Notes: a model not told the origin generated them from the sequence alone. A stretch of 64,000 bases of DNA from Gammaproteobacteria bacterium (GCA_965222155.1 CBDCTH010000012.1:3136001-3200000); one strand, 5' to 3'. Shown: positions 10,508 through 20,873, counted from the stretch's first letter. Program-made: numbers and translations.

Positions 10508-11035
10508 TTATTTCACCGGTTCGATAATCGCATCCAGGTTCAACTGGTCACAGAATTCCAGAAAGTCATTGCGCAATGTCGAGATGGATATCTCGACCGG
10601 AACATGAATGGTCAAGTGCAGTGAGAACATCTCGGTACCGGTGTGAGACGCTTCGTATGTCGTTGTGTGTAAATCACGAATTTGAATACCGCTGTCCTGG
10701 ATAAAACGGGTAATGCGGTTTACCACGCCGACGCGGTCGCTGCATATGACATCAATGGCGTAAGGCATCAGGTTTTTTTGTGATTTGTTTAATTCGGTCC
10801 GACGCATATTGATGGATAAATCCTGCTCTTTTCCCAGCCTGTTGAGGGCATCTTCAACCTTTACAACGGCGTTCCAGTTTCCGGAGAGGAGCAACATCAT
10901 GGAAAATTCCTGTCCCAGTATGGATATCCGGCTTTCCCGGATATTGCACTCGCATTCTGCGATGGCGCCGGTCAATCGTTCGGGCAGGGCAGCATCGTAC
11001 TTACCGATGACGGTCAGGGCAAGAAACTGTATCAT
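10508..11035 (-). CDS. gcvR: Glycine cleavage regulator-like tandem ACT protein
   Basis: Two ACT-like repeats, LSGNWNA, DRVGVV; divergent from dapA. Confidence 0.85.
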   Translation of the reverse strand: MIQFLALTVIGKYDAALPERLTGAIAECECNIRESRISILGQEFSMMLLLSGNWNAVVKVEDALNRLGKEQDLSINMRRTELNKSQKNLMPYAIDVICSDRVGVVNRITRFIQDSGIQIRDLHTTTYEASHTGTEMFSLHLTIHVPVEISISTLRNDFLEFCDQLNLDAIIEPVK

Positions 11036-11272
11036 TATTGTGGTTCGGGTAAAGCAACTATAAAGCTGGCGTTCAAGAGGGATACCACAGAGTATACAGT
11101 TTCCTAATTATCTTGTCATTAGCGGGTCGGACAAGTACCATATTTATCATATTGTACAATAATGGATGTATCTCCCCTCATTATACGCAATATGGGAAAT
11201 TTTGTGCTAGCAGGGGAATAGTTATGGGTTATTAATACACCGGATTTCACCACCTTGCAGAATTCGAACGAC

Positions 11273-12160
11273 ATGTTTACAGGTAGTCTTGTTGCCATTG
11301 TTACCCCCATGAAGAGCGGCATTGGAGCGGATACGCCGTTGGACCTGGAGGGGTTGGAACGGTTGCTTGAGTACCATATTGACAACAAAACTGACGCTAT
11401 TGTAGCTGTGGGTACGACGGGTGAATCTGCCACCCTGATGCCGGCAGAACATTGTGAGGTCATCAAACGGATTGTGGAAATTGTCAACAAACGCATACCC
11501 GTCATCGCCGGAACCGGCGCAAACTCAACTATCGAAGCCATAGAATTAACGGCCTATGCCAAGAAAGCAGGGGCCGACGCCTGTTTGCTGGTAACGCCTT
11601 ATTACAATAAGCCGACCCAGTCGGGCTTGTATGAGCATTTCAAGGTCATTGCCGCCAGTGTGCCTGTCCCGCAGATTTTATACAACGTCCCCGGTCGTAC
11701 GGCTTGCGATATGTTGCCTGAAACTGTGTCCAGACTCGCACGGCTCGATAATATCATCGGGATCAAGGAGGCGACAGGTGACTTGACCCGCGTAAAAACC
11801 ATCAGGGAAGACTGTGGTGATGATTTTCTACTGTTAAGTGGAGATGATGAGACTGCCTGTGATTTTATACTCATGGGAGGTGACGGCGTTATCTCTGTGA
11901 CCGCCAACGCCGCACCGACTGCAATGTATGAATTATGTCGCCTGGCTCGGTTCGGCCACCGGGACGCGGCCAAGACCATTGATGCAAAACTGCTGGGATT
12001 GCACCAATCCTTATTTCTGGAGTCCAACCCGATACCGGTCAAGTGGGCCGTCCATCGCCTGGGACTTATTGAAGATGGAATCCGTTTACCCATGACCTGG
12101 TTATCTGAGGCGTTGCATCCACACGTTGAGGCCGCCATGAAACAAGCTGAGGTACTGTGA
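11273..12160 (+). CDS. dapA: 4-hydroxy-tetrahydrodipicolinate synthase
   Basis: GTTGES, TPYYNKP, YNVPGRT, GIKEA, ESNPIPVK. Confidence 0.97.
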   Translation: MFTGSLVAIVTPMKSGIGADTPLDLEGLERLLEYHIDNKTDAIVAVGTTGESATLMPAEHCEVIKRIVEIVNKRIPVIAGTGANSTIEAIELTAYAKKAGADACLLVTPYYNKPTQSGLYEHFKVIAASVPVPQILYNVPGRTACDMLPETVSRLARLDNIIGIKEATGDLTRVKTIREDCGDDFLLLSGDDETACDFILMGGDGVISVTANAAPTAMYELCRLARFGHRDAAKTIDAKLLGLHQSLFLESNPIPVKWAVHRLGLIEDGIRLPMTWLSEALHPHVEAAMKQAEVL

Positions 12161-12163
12161 TTT

Positions 12164-13228
12164 ATGAGAAAACCGATTTTAACAATAGCAATGGGCGCAT
12201 TCGCAATGTGTTTATTAACATCCTGTTCTTATATGCCTGATATAGGGAAAATCCTGCCTGACAAAAAGAGTGAATACAAAAAAAGCGAGAGCATGCCCGA
12301 TTTGGAGATCCCTCCTGATTTAACTGCGGATGCCATTAATGATTCCATGAATATTCCGAATGAAGCGCCGGCGACCTTATCTCGTTATAAAAAGCCGCAG
12401 GCGCCGGGTACGGCTCGGCTAACAATGGGGACCACGGACACGGATGAACAATGGATATCCGTATCTAAGCCGATAGATCTGCTTTGGCCGGAGTTGCTCG
12501 AATTTTTTGAGGAAAAAAACTATCCCATTGAACTGGAAGACGCGGATCTGGGGGTGCTGGAAACGGGCTGGTCACAGGCCAGTGAGCAGACCGGCCTGAT
12601 ATATCGTCATAAATATAAAATATTTGCGGAACAGGGCGATACGCCCGATGTCAGCGTCCTGATTATCAGCCAGCAGCGCCAGACCCGACTCGATAGCAAT
12701 GCAGACTGGCTTGACCAGGAAAAAGACTCCGGGCTGGAAAGACAATTTGTATCCGATCTCAGCCTTTTTATTGACGCCGGCGAACCGGCCGGCCGGCGCG
12801 CGCCGGTTGCCGTCTCTGATGAAACTGCCGCCGATTCAGCCCTGGCGCGGCCGGGCACTGATCTTCGAGTGGTTGACGCAGGTGAAGGTAAAATGTACCT
12901 GAGCATTCCCGAAGCCTTCGAACAAGCCTGGAAAAATACGGGTACCGCCTTGCAAAACAGTGGACTGCAGATAACCGGCGGGGATGCCGCCAAAGGTGTT
13001 TATCTGATCAATTCAGGGACTGTGCAAAGCCGCGAGAAGAAAGGCTTTTTCTCCAAACTGGCTTTCTGGAAAGGTAGCAAGTCCGCAGAGACTTCATATC
13101 AGATAAGCCTGACGGGGGTTGGCAGCAGGACCGAATTAATCGTGGTTAATGAAGATGATGAATGGGAAACCACTGATGCGGCTGCTCGCATACTGGCATT
13201 AATCCGCGACCGCTATCCGATAAATTAA
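12164..13228 (+). CDS. bamC: Outer membrane assembly lipoprotein BamC (NlpB/DapX)
   Basis: Lipobox LTSC, LEIPPDL, GVLETGW; follows dapA. Confidence 0.88.
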   Translation: MRKPILTIAMGAFAMCLLTSCSYMPDIGKILPDKKSEYKKSESMPDLEIPPDLTADAINDSMNIPNEAPATLSRYKKPQAPGTARLTMGTTDTDEQWISVSKPIDLLWPELLEFFEEKNYPIELEDADLGVLETGWSQASEQTGLIYRHKYKIFAEQGDTPDVSVLIISQQRQTRLDSNADWLDQEKDSGLERQFVSDLSLFIDAGEPAGRRAPVAVSDETAADSALARPGTDLRVVDAGEGKMYLSIPEAFEQAWKNTGTALQNSGLQITGGDAAKGVYLINSGTVQSREKKGFFSKLAFWKGSKSAETSYQISLTGVGSRTELIVVNEDDEWETTDAAARILALIRDRYPIN

Positions 13229-13243
13229 ATATAAGTGACAAAA

Positions 13244-13385
13244 GGCGACGGATTTAAATCCGTCCTCCAGGAGTCACAGTGATTCTTGTCGGATTCGGGC
13301 ATACTCTGACCATAAGGTGGCCTGTTTCCCTGGGAGGGAGGGCGTTTCGCCCTCCACGAGGGCAGGATGCCCTCGATCCCGGGAG
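13244..13385. repeat. Two REP-like palindromic units
   Basis: gacggatttaaatccgtc (13247-13264); gagggcgtttcgccctc and gagggcaggatgccctc doublet (13328-13385). Confidence 0.7.
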
Positions 13386-13453
13386 TTAGCGGGGACTGCT
13401 GGGTTTTTACGATTTGACTTGCAAAACGTATCATTTTTTGATACTTTTAGAAA

Positions 13454-14257
13454 GTGAAATTGAATTCAGAACGCATTACGGCCAAAGATCTCATCACACA
13501 ACTGATGTCGAAGGGGCATTACAGCTTCACCTCGGAAGATGCGCGCGCAGCACTAAAGGTCTCACCGGACGCCTGCAAACTGGCTTTGAATCGGCTCGCC
13601 AAACAGGGGCAGATTGCGTCTCCCGCCCGCGGATTCTACGTCATCACCCCGCCCGAATACCGCTCCTTGGGCTGTCTGCCTGCGCATCAGTTCATTCCGG
13701 ACCTGATGAAGTACAAGGGACTGAACTATTATGCAGGCCTGCTGACCGCCGCACAATACTACGGGGCGGCACACCAGCGTCCGCAGGAATTCCAGGTCTT
13801 CCTGGCAAGAAACCGCAGACCTATTCGTTGCAGCAAAGTGCGGGTCAGATTCATCGCCAGAAAGAAGATTGAGGAAATACCGGTGCGTTCGTTCAATACA
13901 GAGCGCGGCGAACTTCGCGTTTCGACACCGGAAGCAACCGCGCTTGACCTTGTCGGTTACCCGGAACATGTCGGCGGGCTGGACCAGGTCGCGACAATCC
14001 TGTCTGAACTCGCCAGCGAGATCGACCCGGCAGCATTAATAACAGCTGCGATAACGGCGCCCATCACCTGGGTCCAGCGGCTCGGTTACATCCTGGAGCT
14101 GGTCGAGCAGGCCGCCGCTGCCGATCATATCCGGACCTACGTTCACGAACACGCACGCGCATATACGATGTTGCTGCCGGGGCATGAAGGGGCAGACAGC
14201 CACCGCACTCCCAACTGGAAGCTGGTCGTGAATACAGAGCTGGAGCCGGACATATGA
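13454..14257 (+). CDS. Type IV TA antitoxin, AbiEi family
   Basis: PARGFYVITPPEY, YYAGLLTAAQYYGAAHQRPQEFQV, VSTPEATALDL, QRLGYILE. Confidence 0.9.
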   Translation: MKLNSERITAKDLITQLMSKGHYSFTSEDARAALKVSPDACKLALNRLAKQGQIASPARGFYVITPPEYRSLGCLPAHQFIPDLMKYKGLNYYAGLLTAAQYYGAAHQRPQEFQVFLARNRRPIRCSKVRVRFIARKKIEEIPVRSFNTERGELRVSTPEATALDLVGYPEHVGGLDQVATILSELASEIDPAALITAAITAPITWVQRLGYILELVEQAAAADHIRTYVHEHARAYTMLLPGHEGADSHRTPNWKLVVNTELEPDI

Positions 14258-14307
14258 TCCCGTACGACTACATCACAGAGTGGCGGGACCACTCCGTATT
14301 CAGATGA
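14254..14307 (+). pseudogene. N-terminal stub of AbiEii nucleotidyltransferase toxin
   Basis: ATGA overlap with antitoxin stop; reads MIPYDYITEWR then stops after 17 codons. Confidence 0.8.
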
Positions 14308-14550
14308 AGTCTATGAACTTTACGACCATGACTTTGAACGGATACAACACCCTAATTACAAGGCAGATTTAGTGCTGAGTGGATTAAAACTCCGTGAATT
14401 ACACAGATGAGGACAACTCGCTGGCCAACTCTGATGTGACCCGATTAATCTAAAAAAACGGGACTTGATCAGAGTATCCTCTGGTTGTTATCAGTCTGCA
14501 ACCAGAATTTTGCAGATATAAATCTCATCTGCGACTTTTCCAGTTAATTA

Positions 14551-15174
14551 TTAAAGTTCTCTAAGAGATTCGAGGCGACTCAGCCAAGCGTTAAATCCAG
14601 GACATTCGTATTTTAATTTATCTAATCCGATTTCATGTGCCAGAGATGGACCGTGCAGTGTCTTGCGGTAGCCAGGGATCAGCTTTGAGATACGCTTGCT
14701 TGGTGCTGTCTCCGAACTGTCATTGATCTCCTCGGGAGTGCCGAATGTTGCTCTAATCTTCCGAAGGTCAACCAAAGGAGCATTATCCCATACGCTTTTG
14801 AATGCGTTTACATCAGAGAACAACAACCCTTCAAACTCGTGAACCTGGACGTACGGGAATATATTTCTCTCCTCGAATTGTTCAATGCTATTCTCAATGG
14901 CCTGTACGAGCATGTGGGGAGACATTTCATTCTTGTCTTTAAATCCGTAGAAATCCACCAAGGAGGTCACGACATCGAAACTATACCGAAGATGCTGCAA
15001 TTCACGCGAAAGCCTGTTAATTGTGACATTGCCACCACCTTGAACGTTATACCGCGCCCGACCTAGCAGCACAGGAGTTACAAAGACATCTCTGCTATGT
15101 AGGTGGTGCGCAAGGACCTTCCGAACAAATTCTTCCTCCGTTTGTCCTTCTACGGAGATAGCCAAACGTATCAA
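14551..15174 (-). CDS. DUF4276-like (TOPRIM-type) protein
   Basis: VEGQTEE, DFYG, HEFEGLLFSD, PEEINDS, PSKRI, CPGF. Confidence 0.85.
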   Translation of the reverse strand: MIRLAISVEGQTEEEFVRKVLAHHLHSRDVFVTPVLLGRARYNVQGGGNVTINRLSRELQHLRYSFDVVTSLVDFYGFKDKNEMSPHMLVQAIENSIEQFEERNIFPYVQVHEFEGLLFSDVNAFKSVWDNAPLVDLRKIRATFGTPEEINDSSETAPSKRISKLIPGYRKTLHGPSLAHEIGLDKLKYECPGFNAWLSRLESLREL

Positions 15175-16310
15175 GGCCTTCCACCAAGTAGGTTTTTCTG
15201 CCAGAGTTCTCCGACACTAAAGTCATCTAGCCAGACCTGGAGCGCCTGCACGTTTTGAGTGTGCAACTCGGTTCGACCTTCTACCATTTCCAGTACAAAT
15301 AGTTGATCGAGTTCAAACGTGTCAACCATCAATGGCGACTGGGTTGCTACAATTATCTGACGATCCTGAGCCAATGATTGTATCATCTCGCCGATTAGCA
15401 CGACCGCTTTAGGATGCAGGCCTAGTTCTGGTTCATCTAGCAGCAACACATCCGGTAGCATTTCCACCGGCAGATTCAGCAATGTGACAAGTGCGAAGAA
15501 ACGTAATGAACCGTCTGATGATAGATGTGTTCCGTAGGTCTTGTCCGAGTATTTGGAACGCCAACGCAGAGCCACCTTCCCGTGTTGTTCCTCGATCTGA
15601 AAGCTGTCGAATCCCGGCAATACGCGCTGTACGTGGTGGCAGATTCGTTCATATCTCTGCAGATCTTCCTGTTCTAGCCAGTACAGGATGGCTGGCAGGT
15701 TGCCACCATCGCTTCGCATACGGCTATGATCTTCTGCATCCCACTTTTTCATAAAGTTTGATGTAGTAGCAGTGTTATGAAATTGATAAACGTCGCAATT
15801 CCGTAACAAATGTGTAACTGTTCGAGCGGTTCGTTTATTGAGTTGTGGGGTTTGAACTGTGTAGGAGGATTGGGCAACCTCGACAATCTTTGCCTCTTGG
15901 TGCCCATTTTCGAGATATTGCCAAGGAGCTTCACTATCAAATATCTTTCGATTAAAGCGGAATGCTTCTTGTGTGAACAATAGCCGGTCTGGATGGGCAT
16001 GCGTAAGAGCAAACTGGTAGTCATTTCTTCCTTCTTTAGTTAGTATGGTGATTTCAGCGTTGAGTATTGGCGTCTTTTCACTGCCGCCGTGCAGTTGATC
16101 ATCTGCACCACCTTGTAATGCGACAAACTCCGCAAGCCGCCGCGATTTTAACATCCAACTCAGCATCTCGAAGAAACGAATAAAGTTTGATTTCCCAGAT
16201 CCGTTTGCGCCAATCAAAACATTCGCTCCTGATTGCAGATGGAACTCTATGTCAGCAAATGAGCGGAAACCTTTTATATGGAAATATTTAATATAGGGCC
16301 GGTCGATCAT
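15171..16310 (-). CDS. ABC/AAA_21-type ATPase coupled to DUF4276
   Basis: Walker A GANGSGKS, signature SDGS, Walker B LLLDEPELGLHP, ATQSP; 4-bp overlap with partner. Confidence 0.93.
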   Translation of the reverse strand: MIDRPYIKYFHIKGFRSFADIEFHLQSGANVLIGANGSGKSNFIRFFEMLSWMLKSRRLAEFVALQGGADDQLHGGSEKTPILNAEITILTKEGRNDYQFALTHAHPDRLLFTQEAFRFNRKIFDSEAPWQYLENGHQEAKIVEVAQSSYTVQTPQLNKRTARTVTHLLRNCDVYQFHNTATTSNFMKKWDAEDHSRMRSDGGNLPAILYWLEQEDLQRYERICHHVQRVLPGFDSFQIEEQHGKVALRWRSKYSDKTYGTHLSSDGSLRFFALVTLLNLPVEMLPDVLLLDEPELGLHPKAVVLIGEMIQSLAQDRQIIVATQSPLMVDTFELDQLFVLEMVEGRTELHTQNVQALQVWLDDFSVGELWQKNLLGGRP

Positions 16311-16343
16311 AATGAAGATTTTACCATTAAATGACTAAAGTCC

Positions 16344-16780
16344 TAACCCGCATTTCTCATATATGGTTCGCCCCGGTATTGCAAGCATAATGTTCGCGTT
16401 GGCAACGTAGACATTGCAGTCATATATCCTCTTGATTGCAGAGTAGGGTCCATGCGGGACCCAACGGAATACGCGCCGTTGTGTCCTCATCACCACAATG
16501 GCTGTCAAGTGTGCGCCGGTGATGAAACCAGAACCGCTGCCAGAAACAGACTGATTACAGAATGACTGAGACGATTATTTCTTTATCCACTAGAGGACAT
16601 TTAATTTCCTGTTGATACCCGCCCAGGATCAAAGCCAACACTTGCTGGTTAACCTTTGCCAACGCCTCGATTCCGGTTATGTTCTCACCCAAGTGCAGCA
16701 GCCAATCCCCCGACAAGTCCGTGTTCTGCATCTGCCGCATCAACTCGGTAAAACACGCTAATACGCCGCGGCCGGTCAAT
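16344..16780 (-). mobile_element. Probable decayed IS110/IS1111-type element end abutting a lone TA-MITE terminus
   Basis: taacccgcatttctca (16344-16359) matches the MITE TIR; adjacent minus strand atatatgactgcaat...cttgcaataccggggcgaaccatata resembles IS1111-group 3' ends as recalled. Confidence 0.5.
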
Positions 16781-17023
16781 ACATCATTGGTACTTGCTGT
16801 TATGTACAGTATAATTTGCACGAGTCTTGCCTGCTGTACCGTCGGGTGAAAGTCATTTGGCACACAACTTTTTATACGGGCAGGGCTTTTTTGATTCCCG
16901 CACATTCTAAGGCAGGATTGGGGGTAGATGGTTCCTTTTGATTCATTATTCAGGCGACATTAACATATTCTGGTGTCGCCACTATGTGGATGCTCAGAGG
17001 TTAATAATTCAGGAGAGGAAAGA

Positions 17024-17602
17024 ATGAGAAAAAAAGTGAAATACACGCTTATATTTATGTTTGTTTTATTGGCAGGTTGTACCAGCGTTCCACCGATAGA
17101 CTTCACAGTAGAATCGGTAGGAATGGTATCTTCCTGAAAGAATGTCAAACTGGTTTCTCTGACAGTAGGATTTGCCCCGCAATCTAAACAAAAGCAGGTC
17201 GATTCTAATTTAGGACCGGGAAGAATGATCACAACAATACCGGCCATTTGGAAAGAAGCCCTTCAAGATGCCTTAAACCGGTCTCTGATATTCATTGATG
17301 ATGCCGATAAAAAAATTAATTTATCTGTGCGAGTTACTGAATATGACCTGCCTGCTGCCGGGTTAGCAATGAAAACCACAGCGTCAGCTATATACGAAAT
17401 AGTTGATAGGGCAAATGGAGATTTATTATTTGCACAGGAAATTTCTACTGAAGGGGTTGTGCCTGTGGATTATGCGTTTTACGGTGTTACCAGGGCAGTA
17501 GAATCTGGGAATAGAGCAGTAAGAAACAATATTGCTGAATTCATAAATATTCTTGAACGAGCAGATTTGAGTAAACCGGTTTTCGAAGGAAGCCAAAAGT
17601 GA
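17024..17602 (+). pseudogene. Lipoprotein gene interrupted by an in-frame TGA (17135-17137)
   Basis: Purine-rich RBS, MRKK...LLAGC lipobox; same frame continues into ORF 17225-17602. Confidence 0.78.
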
Positions 17603-18066
17603 ACACCTCGCTTGGGAAGATTTTAATCTGCTTGGTTATCACCCAAACCCTCATTGCCTGCTCCAGTGTAGACGGCACTGGTAAATATCGGGTTCAAACC
17701 ATAGGGAATGCTGAAAGATCAGTCAGGTCGGTGGTGTTGTCTGCGGAGCCGGTATATATACAAGGCGATACGTCGGGTGTCGGAGCTGCTCTCGGCGCAA
17801 CCGCAGGAGGTGGGATAGCCGGTGGAGGTTCCGATAACGCAGCTGTAATAATTGCAGGCATTATTTTAGGTGCAGTCATCGGGGACTACATCGAAGGGCA
17901 AGATAACGTATATCCTGCAACACAGTACGTCATCGAGACGTCGAATGGAATATTGTTAACAGTTGCACAAATTGATGAAGGTAACAGGATTTTTAATAAG
18001 GGAAACAAGGTTATTTTAGTGCACGGCTACCCCAACAGATTAATTGCAGATCCGTCAGATATATAA
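17599..18066 (+). CDS. Glycine-zipper lipoprotein (SlyB-like)
   Basis: Lipobox LIAC; GAALGATAGG...GIILGAVIG zipper. Confidence 0.8.
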   Translation: MNTSLGKILICLVITQTLIACSSVDGTGKYRVQTIGNAERSVRSVVLSAEPVYIQGDTSGVGAALGATAGGGIAGGGSDNAAVIIAGIILGAVIGDYIEGQDNVYPATQYVIETSNGILLTVAQIDEGNRIFNKGNKVILVHGYPNRLIADPSDI

Positions 18067-18126
18067 AACTCTGATGTGATTGAATATCTGTCAGGTAACA
18101 GCTCTGACATGGCTGGTTAATCAAGC

Positions 18127-19527
18127 TCAGTTTTTCCTGGAGTGCCCGATTATCCGCCGGCGTTTGCGGATTTGACGTTTGGTCAGTGTATTGCGCAACG
18201 ATTTGTACGGATTATCACCGTGCTTGAACTCGATGAAGACAGGCGTTCCCGTCAGCTTCATTCTTTTGCGGAAATGATGGGCCAGATAACGCTGGTAATT
18301 TGCCGGGGTGTCCTGGGTCTGATTTCCATGGATGATGACCCGGACGGGGTCATGGCCTCCCAGGTGGGCGAACTTGAGCTTGATGCGCCGTCCCCGGACC
18401 AGGGGCGGAGGATTTGCCGCCAGTGCCTCATGGAGAAAACCGGTGATGGTAGAGGAGTTAAAATTCTGTTGCCATGATCGGGTAATTTTGTCGATGCTGT
18501 CGAACAGCTTTCCTACACCCGTGCCGTGCAATGCCGATATATGGTGAATACAGGCATAATCAATAAAACCGGTTTTCCTCTCAAGTTGGCGCTGAATGGT
18601 CTGCTTCTGTTGATGACCCAGGCCATCCCACTTGTTGACCGCGATAATCAGGGATTTACCCGATTGACTGATCATTCCGAGCAAGGTCTGGTCCTGGTCT
18701 GAAATGACATCACGGGCGTCCAGGACCAAAATGACGATGTGACACATCTCGATGGCTTTCAGGCTTTTAATGATGCTGAACTTTTCGATTTTATCGGTAA
18801 CCTTCCCGCGCCTGCGGATACCGGCCGTGTCTGTCAGGATGTATTCTTTCTGGCGGCGTTGAAGCGGTACCGTGATGCTGTCACGGGTGGTTCCCGGTAA
18901 TGCCGAGGTCAGTACCCTGTTTTCCCCCGTGATCCGATTGATCAGGGTTGATTTACCGACGTTGGGACGGCCGACTATGGATATCCTGACGGTGCCGGGC
19001 GTTTCGGCCGGAACGGCAGCCCTGTCCGGAAAGGCTGCGGCGAGCGCATCCAGCAAGTCGCTAATTCCGTCTCCTGCTTCCGCCGAAACGGCTATGGGCG
19101 GGGCAAATCCCCCGATGGAATGAAACTCGGCAACGGCAGTATCTGCCCCGATCCCGTCGATTTTATTCACCACCAGAAACACCGGTTTTGCTACTGTCCT
19201 CATGATTGCAGCCAAGTCCAGATCGCCCGCGCTCAATCCCGAACGACCGTCTACCAGCCACAAGACGACATCTGCCTCGTGGATGGCCTGCATGGTTTGC
19301 TCACTGACCGATCCGAGTATCTGATTTGGGTCCTCAATGCTGCCGGCTATACCGCCGGTGTCAATCAGCAGGATGCCGGAGTTCTGCACCATGGCATAGC
19401 CGTATTGACGGTCCCTGGTTACCCCGGGTTCATTCGCGACCAGCGCTGAACGGGAACGGGTTAAGCGGTTGAATAACGTCGATTTTCCGACGTTGGGACA
19501 GCCGACAATGGCAATTACGGGTGTCAT
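18127..19527 (-). CDS. der: Ribosome biogenesis GTPase Der
   Basis: Two GxPNVGKS G-domains, DTGG/DTAG, NKID/NKWD. Confidence 0.97.
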   Translation of the reverse strand: MTPVIAIVGCPNVGKSTLFNRLTRSRSALVANEPGVTRDRQYGYAMVQNSGILLIDTGGIAGSIEDPNQILGSVSEQTMQAIHEADVVLWLVDGRSGLSAGDLDLAAIMRTVAKPVFLVVNKIDGIGADTAVAEFHSIGGFAPPIAVSAEAGDGISDLLDALAAAFPDRAAVPAETPGTVRISIVGRPNVGKSTLINRITGENRVLTSALPGTTRDSITVPLQRRQKEYILTDTAGIRRRGKVTDKIEKFSIIKSLKAIEMCHIVILVLDARDVISDQDQTLLGMISQSGKSLIIAVNKWDGLGHQQKQTIQRQLERKTGFIDYACIHHISALHGTGVGKLFDSIDKITRSWQQNFNSSTITGFLHEALAANPPPLVRGRRIKLKFAHLGGHDPVRVIIHGNQTQDTPANYQRYLAHHFRKRMKLTGTPVFIEFKHGDNPYKSLRNTLTKRQIRKRRRIIGHSRKN

Positions 19528-19622
19528 GGCAAAAAGGGGACAGGTTCTGTAATGAAATAATCAAAAGACCGGACTTCAGTTGCGCGGGAAACTCCGGAAT
19601 CTGTCTTTTTTAACTACCGCTC

Positions 19623-20873
19623 TCAGCGGTAGGTATAGGCGGCCAACCTGCCGTCGCTACAATAAGCGTAGACTATCTTACCCACAACAATGGGTTTTGC
19701 AATAACAGGTTTCTTGCATAATCGTAGCCGGGCAGAGAACTCACCGGTTTTCTTGTTGATCCAGTGTAAATAACCTTCCAGGTCGCCTACAACGATTTGA
19801 TCTCCCACAGCCCCAGGTGCGGTAACCGCCCGCGCGTGAAGGTTCTCCTGTTCCCACAGGATCGTTCCATTAATCCTGTCCAATGCCCAGACATGGCTGT
19901 CTTCGTCAGTGATATAGATGCTTTGCTCATCTGCACTGAAACCGGCATAAGATGAGAGATCATTGCTCCACAGGATCCTGCCGGTCTCCAACTGCACGGC
20001 TGCAACATGACCCTGAAACGTGGCGATGTAGACAACGCCGTCTACTATCATCGGCTCAGAATCAATATCGACCATCCGTTCAAGTTCGGAACGCCCCCGG
20101 GCAGCAGCAATGCTGGTCTCCCACAATAATTTACCTGTTCGCACGTCCAGCGCGGCCATTTTCCCGCCGTCGAAACCGGCTACCACAATGCCGCTGTCAA
20201 TTGCCGGTGTGCTCGTGCCCCTGAGTGTCAATGGCGGCACCGTCCTGTCATAAATCCACAGCCTTCTCCCCTTATTAGCATCGATACCGAACACCTTTCC
20301 ATCAATTGTTCTTACGATGGCGACGTCAGCTGTCCTTTGCGGGGGAGATAATATCTCACTCGACACCCGGGTTCGCCACAGCTCGCTGCCGTTTTCAGCG
20401 GACAGGGAGATCACCTCTCCCTCCTGGGAGCCGAGCATAAGCGTATTTTCGCCGTAACCAGGCCCTCCTGTTATGTGAATATCGCCACCTCGAAACCAAC
20501 CGGATTTCCCGTCAACCGATTCTGACGCGGAAATTTTCTTCTGCCACAACCGTTTGCCGTTTATCGCATCCATAGCCCCGACGTTACCGGCAGAATCCAC
20601 AACGTATAAGCGCTGATTGACAATGACCGGAGCCAGCTTCAGGTATTGTTCGTCCGTACCTACCCCGTTATTCTTTTTCCAGAGTTCAATAACGCTGACG
20701 AGTTGCCTGAATTCGACCAGGGGATTGGGCGGTTCGGCATTGTCACTACCCCCCTTGAAATAATTCGTTACTCTTTCCGTAGCGGCACAGCCGAAGAGGA
20801 CTGACAAAACAGCTAAGATAATGAAACGGATGGAAAAATTACGGATGTCCAATATTGTTAAGTTTGCGTTCAA
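19623..20873 (-). CDS. bamB: Outer membrane assembly lipoprotein BamB (start uncertain)
   Basis: Lipobox LFGC, PQQ-like repeats, LTLRG, ELERMVDID; between yfgM and der. Confidence 0.93.
   Translation of the reverse strand: MNANLTILDIRNFSIRFIILAVLSVLFGCAATERVTNYFKGGSDNAEPPNPLVEFRQLVSVIELWKKNNGVGTDEQYLKLAPVIVNQRLYVVDSAGNVGAMDAINGKRLWQKKISASESVDGKSGWFRGGDIHITGGPGYGENTLMLGSQEGEVISLSAENGSELWRTRVSSEILSPPQRTADVAIVRTIDGKVFGIDANKGRRLWIYDRTVPPLTLRGTSTPAIDSGIVVAGFDGGKMAALDVRTGKLLWETSIAAARGRSELERMVDIDSEPMIVDGVVYIATFQGHVAAVQLETGRILWSNDLSSYAGFSADEQSIYITDEDSHVWALDRINGTILWEQENLHARAVTAPGAVGDQIVVGDLEGYLHWINKKTGEFSARLRLCKKPVIAKPIVVGKIVYAYCSDGRLAAYTYR

Noticed and set aside
17135-17137. Selenocysteine recoding of the in-frame TGA
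   Set aside because: No redox motif or convincing SECIS-like hairpin; nonsense mutation is simpler.
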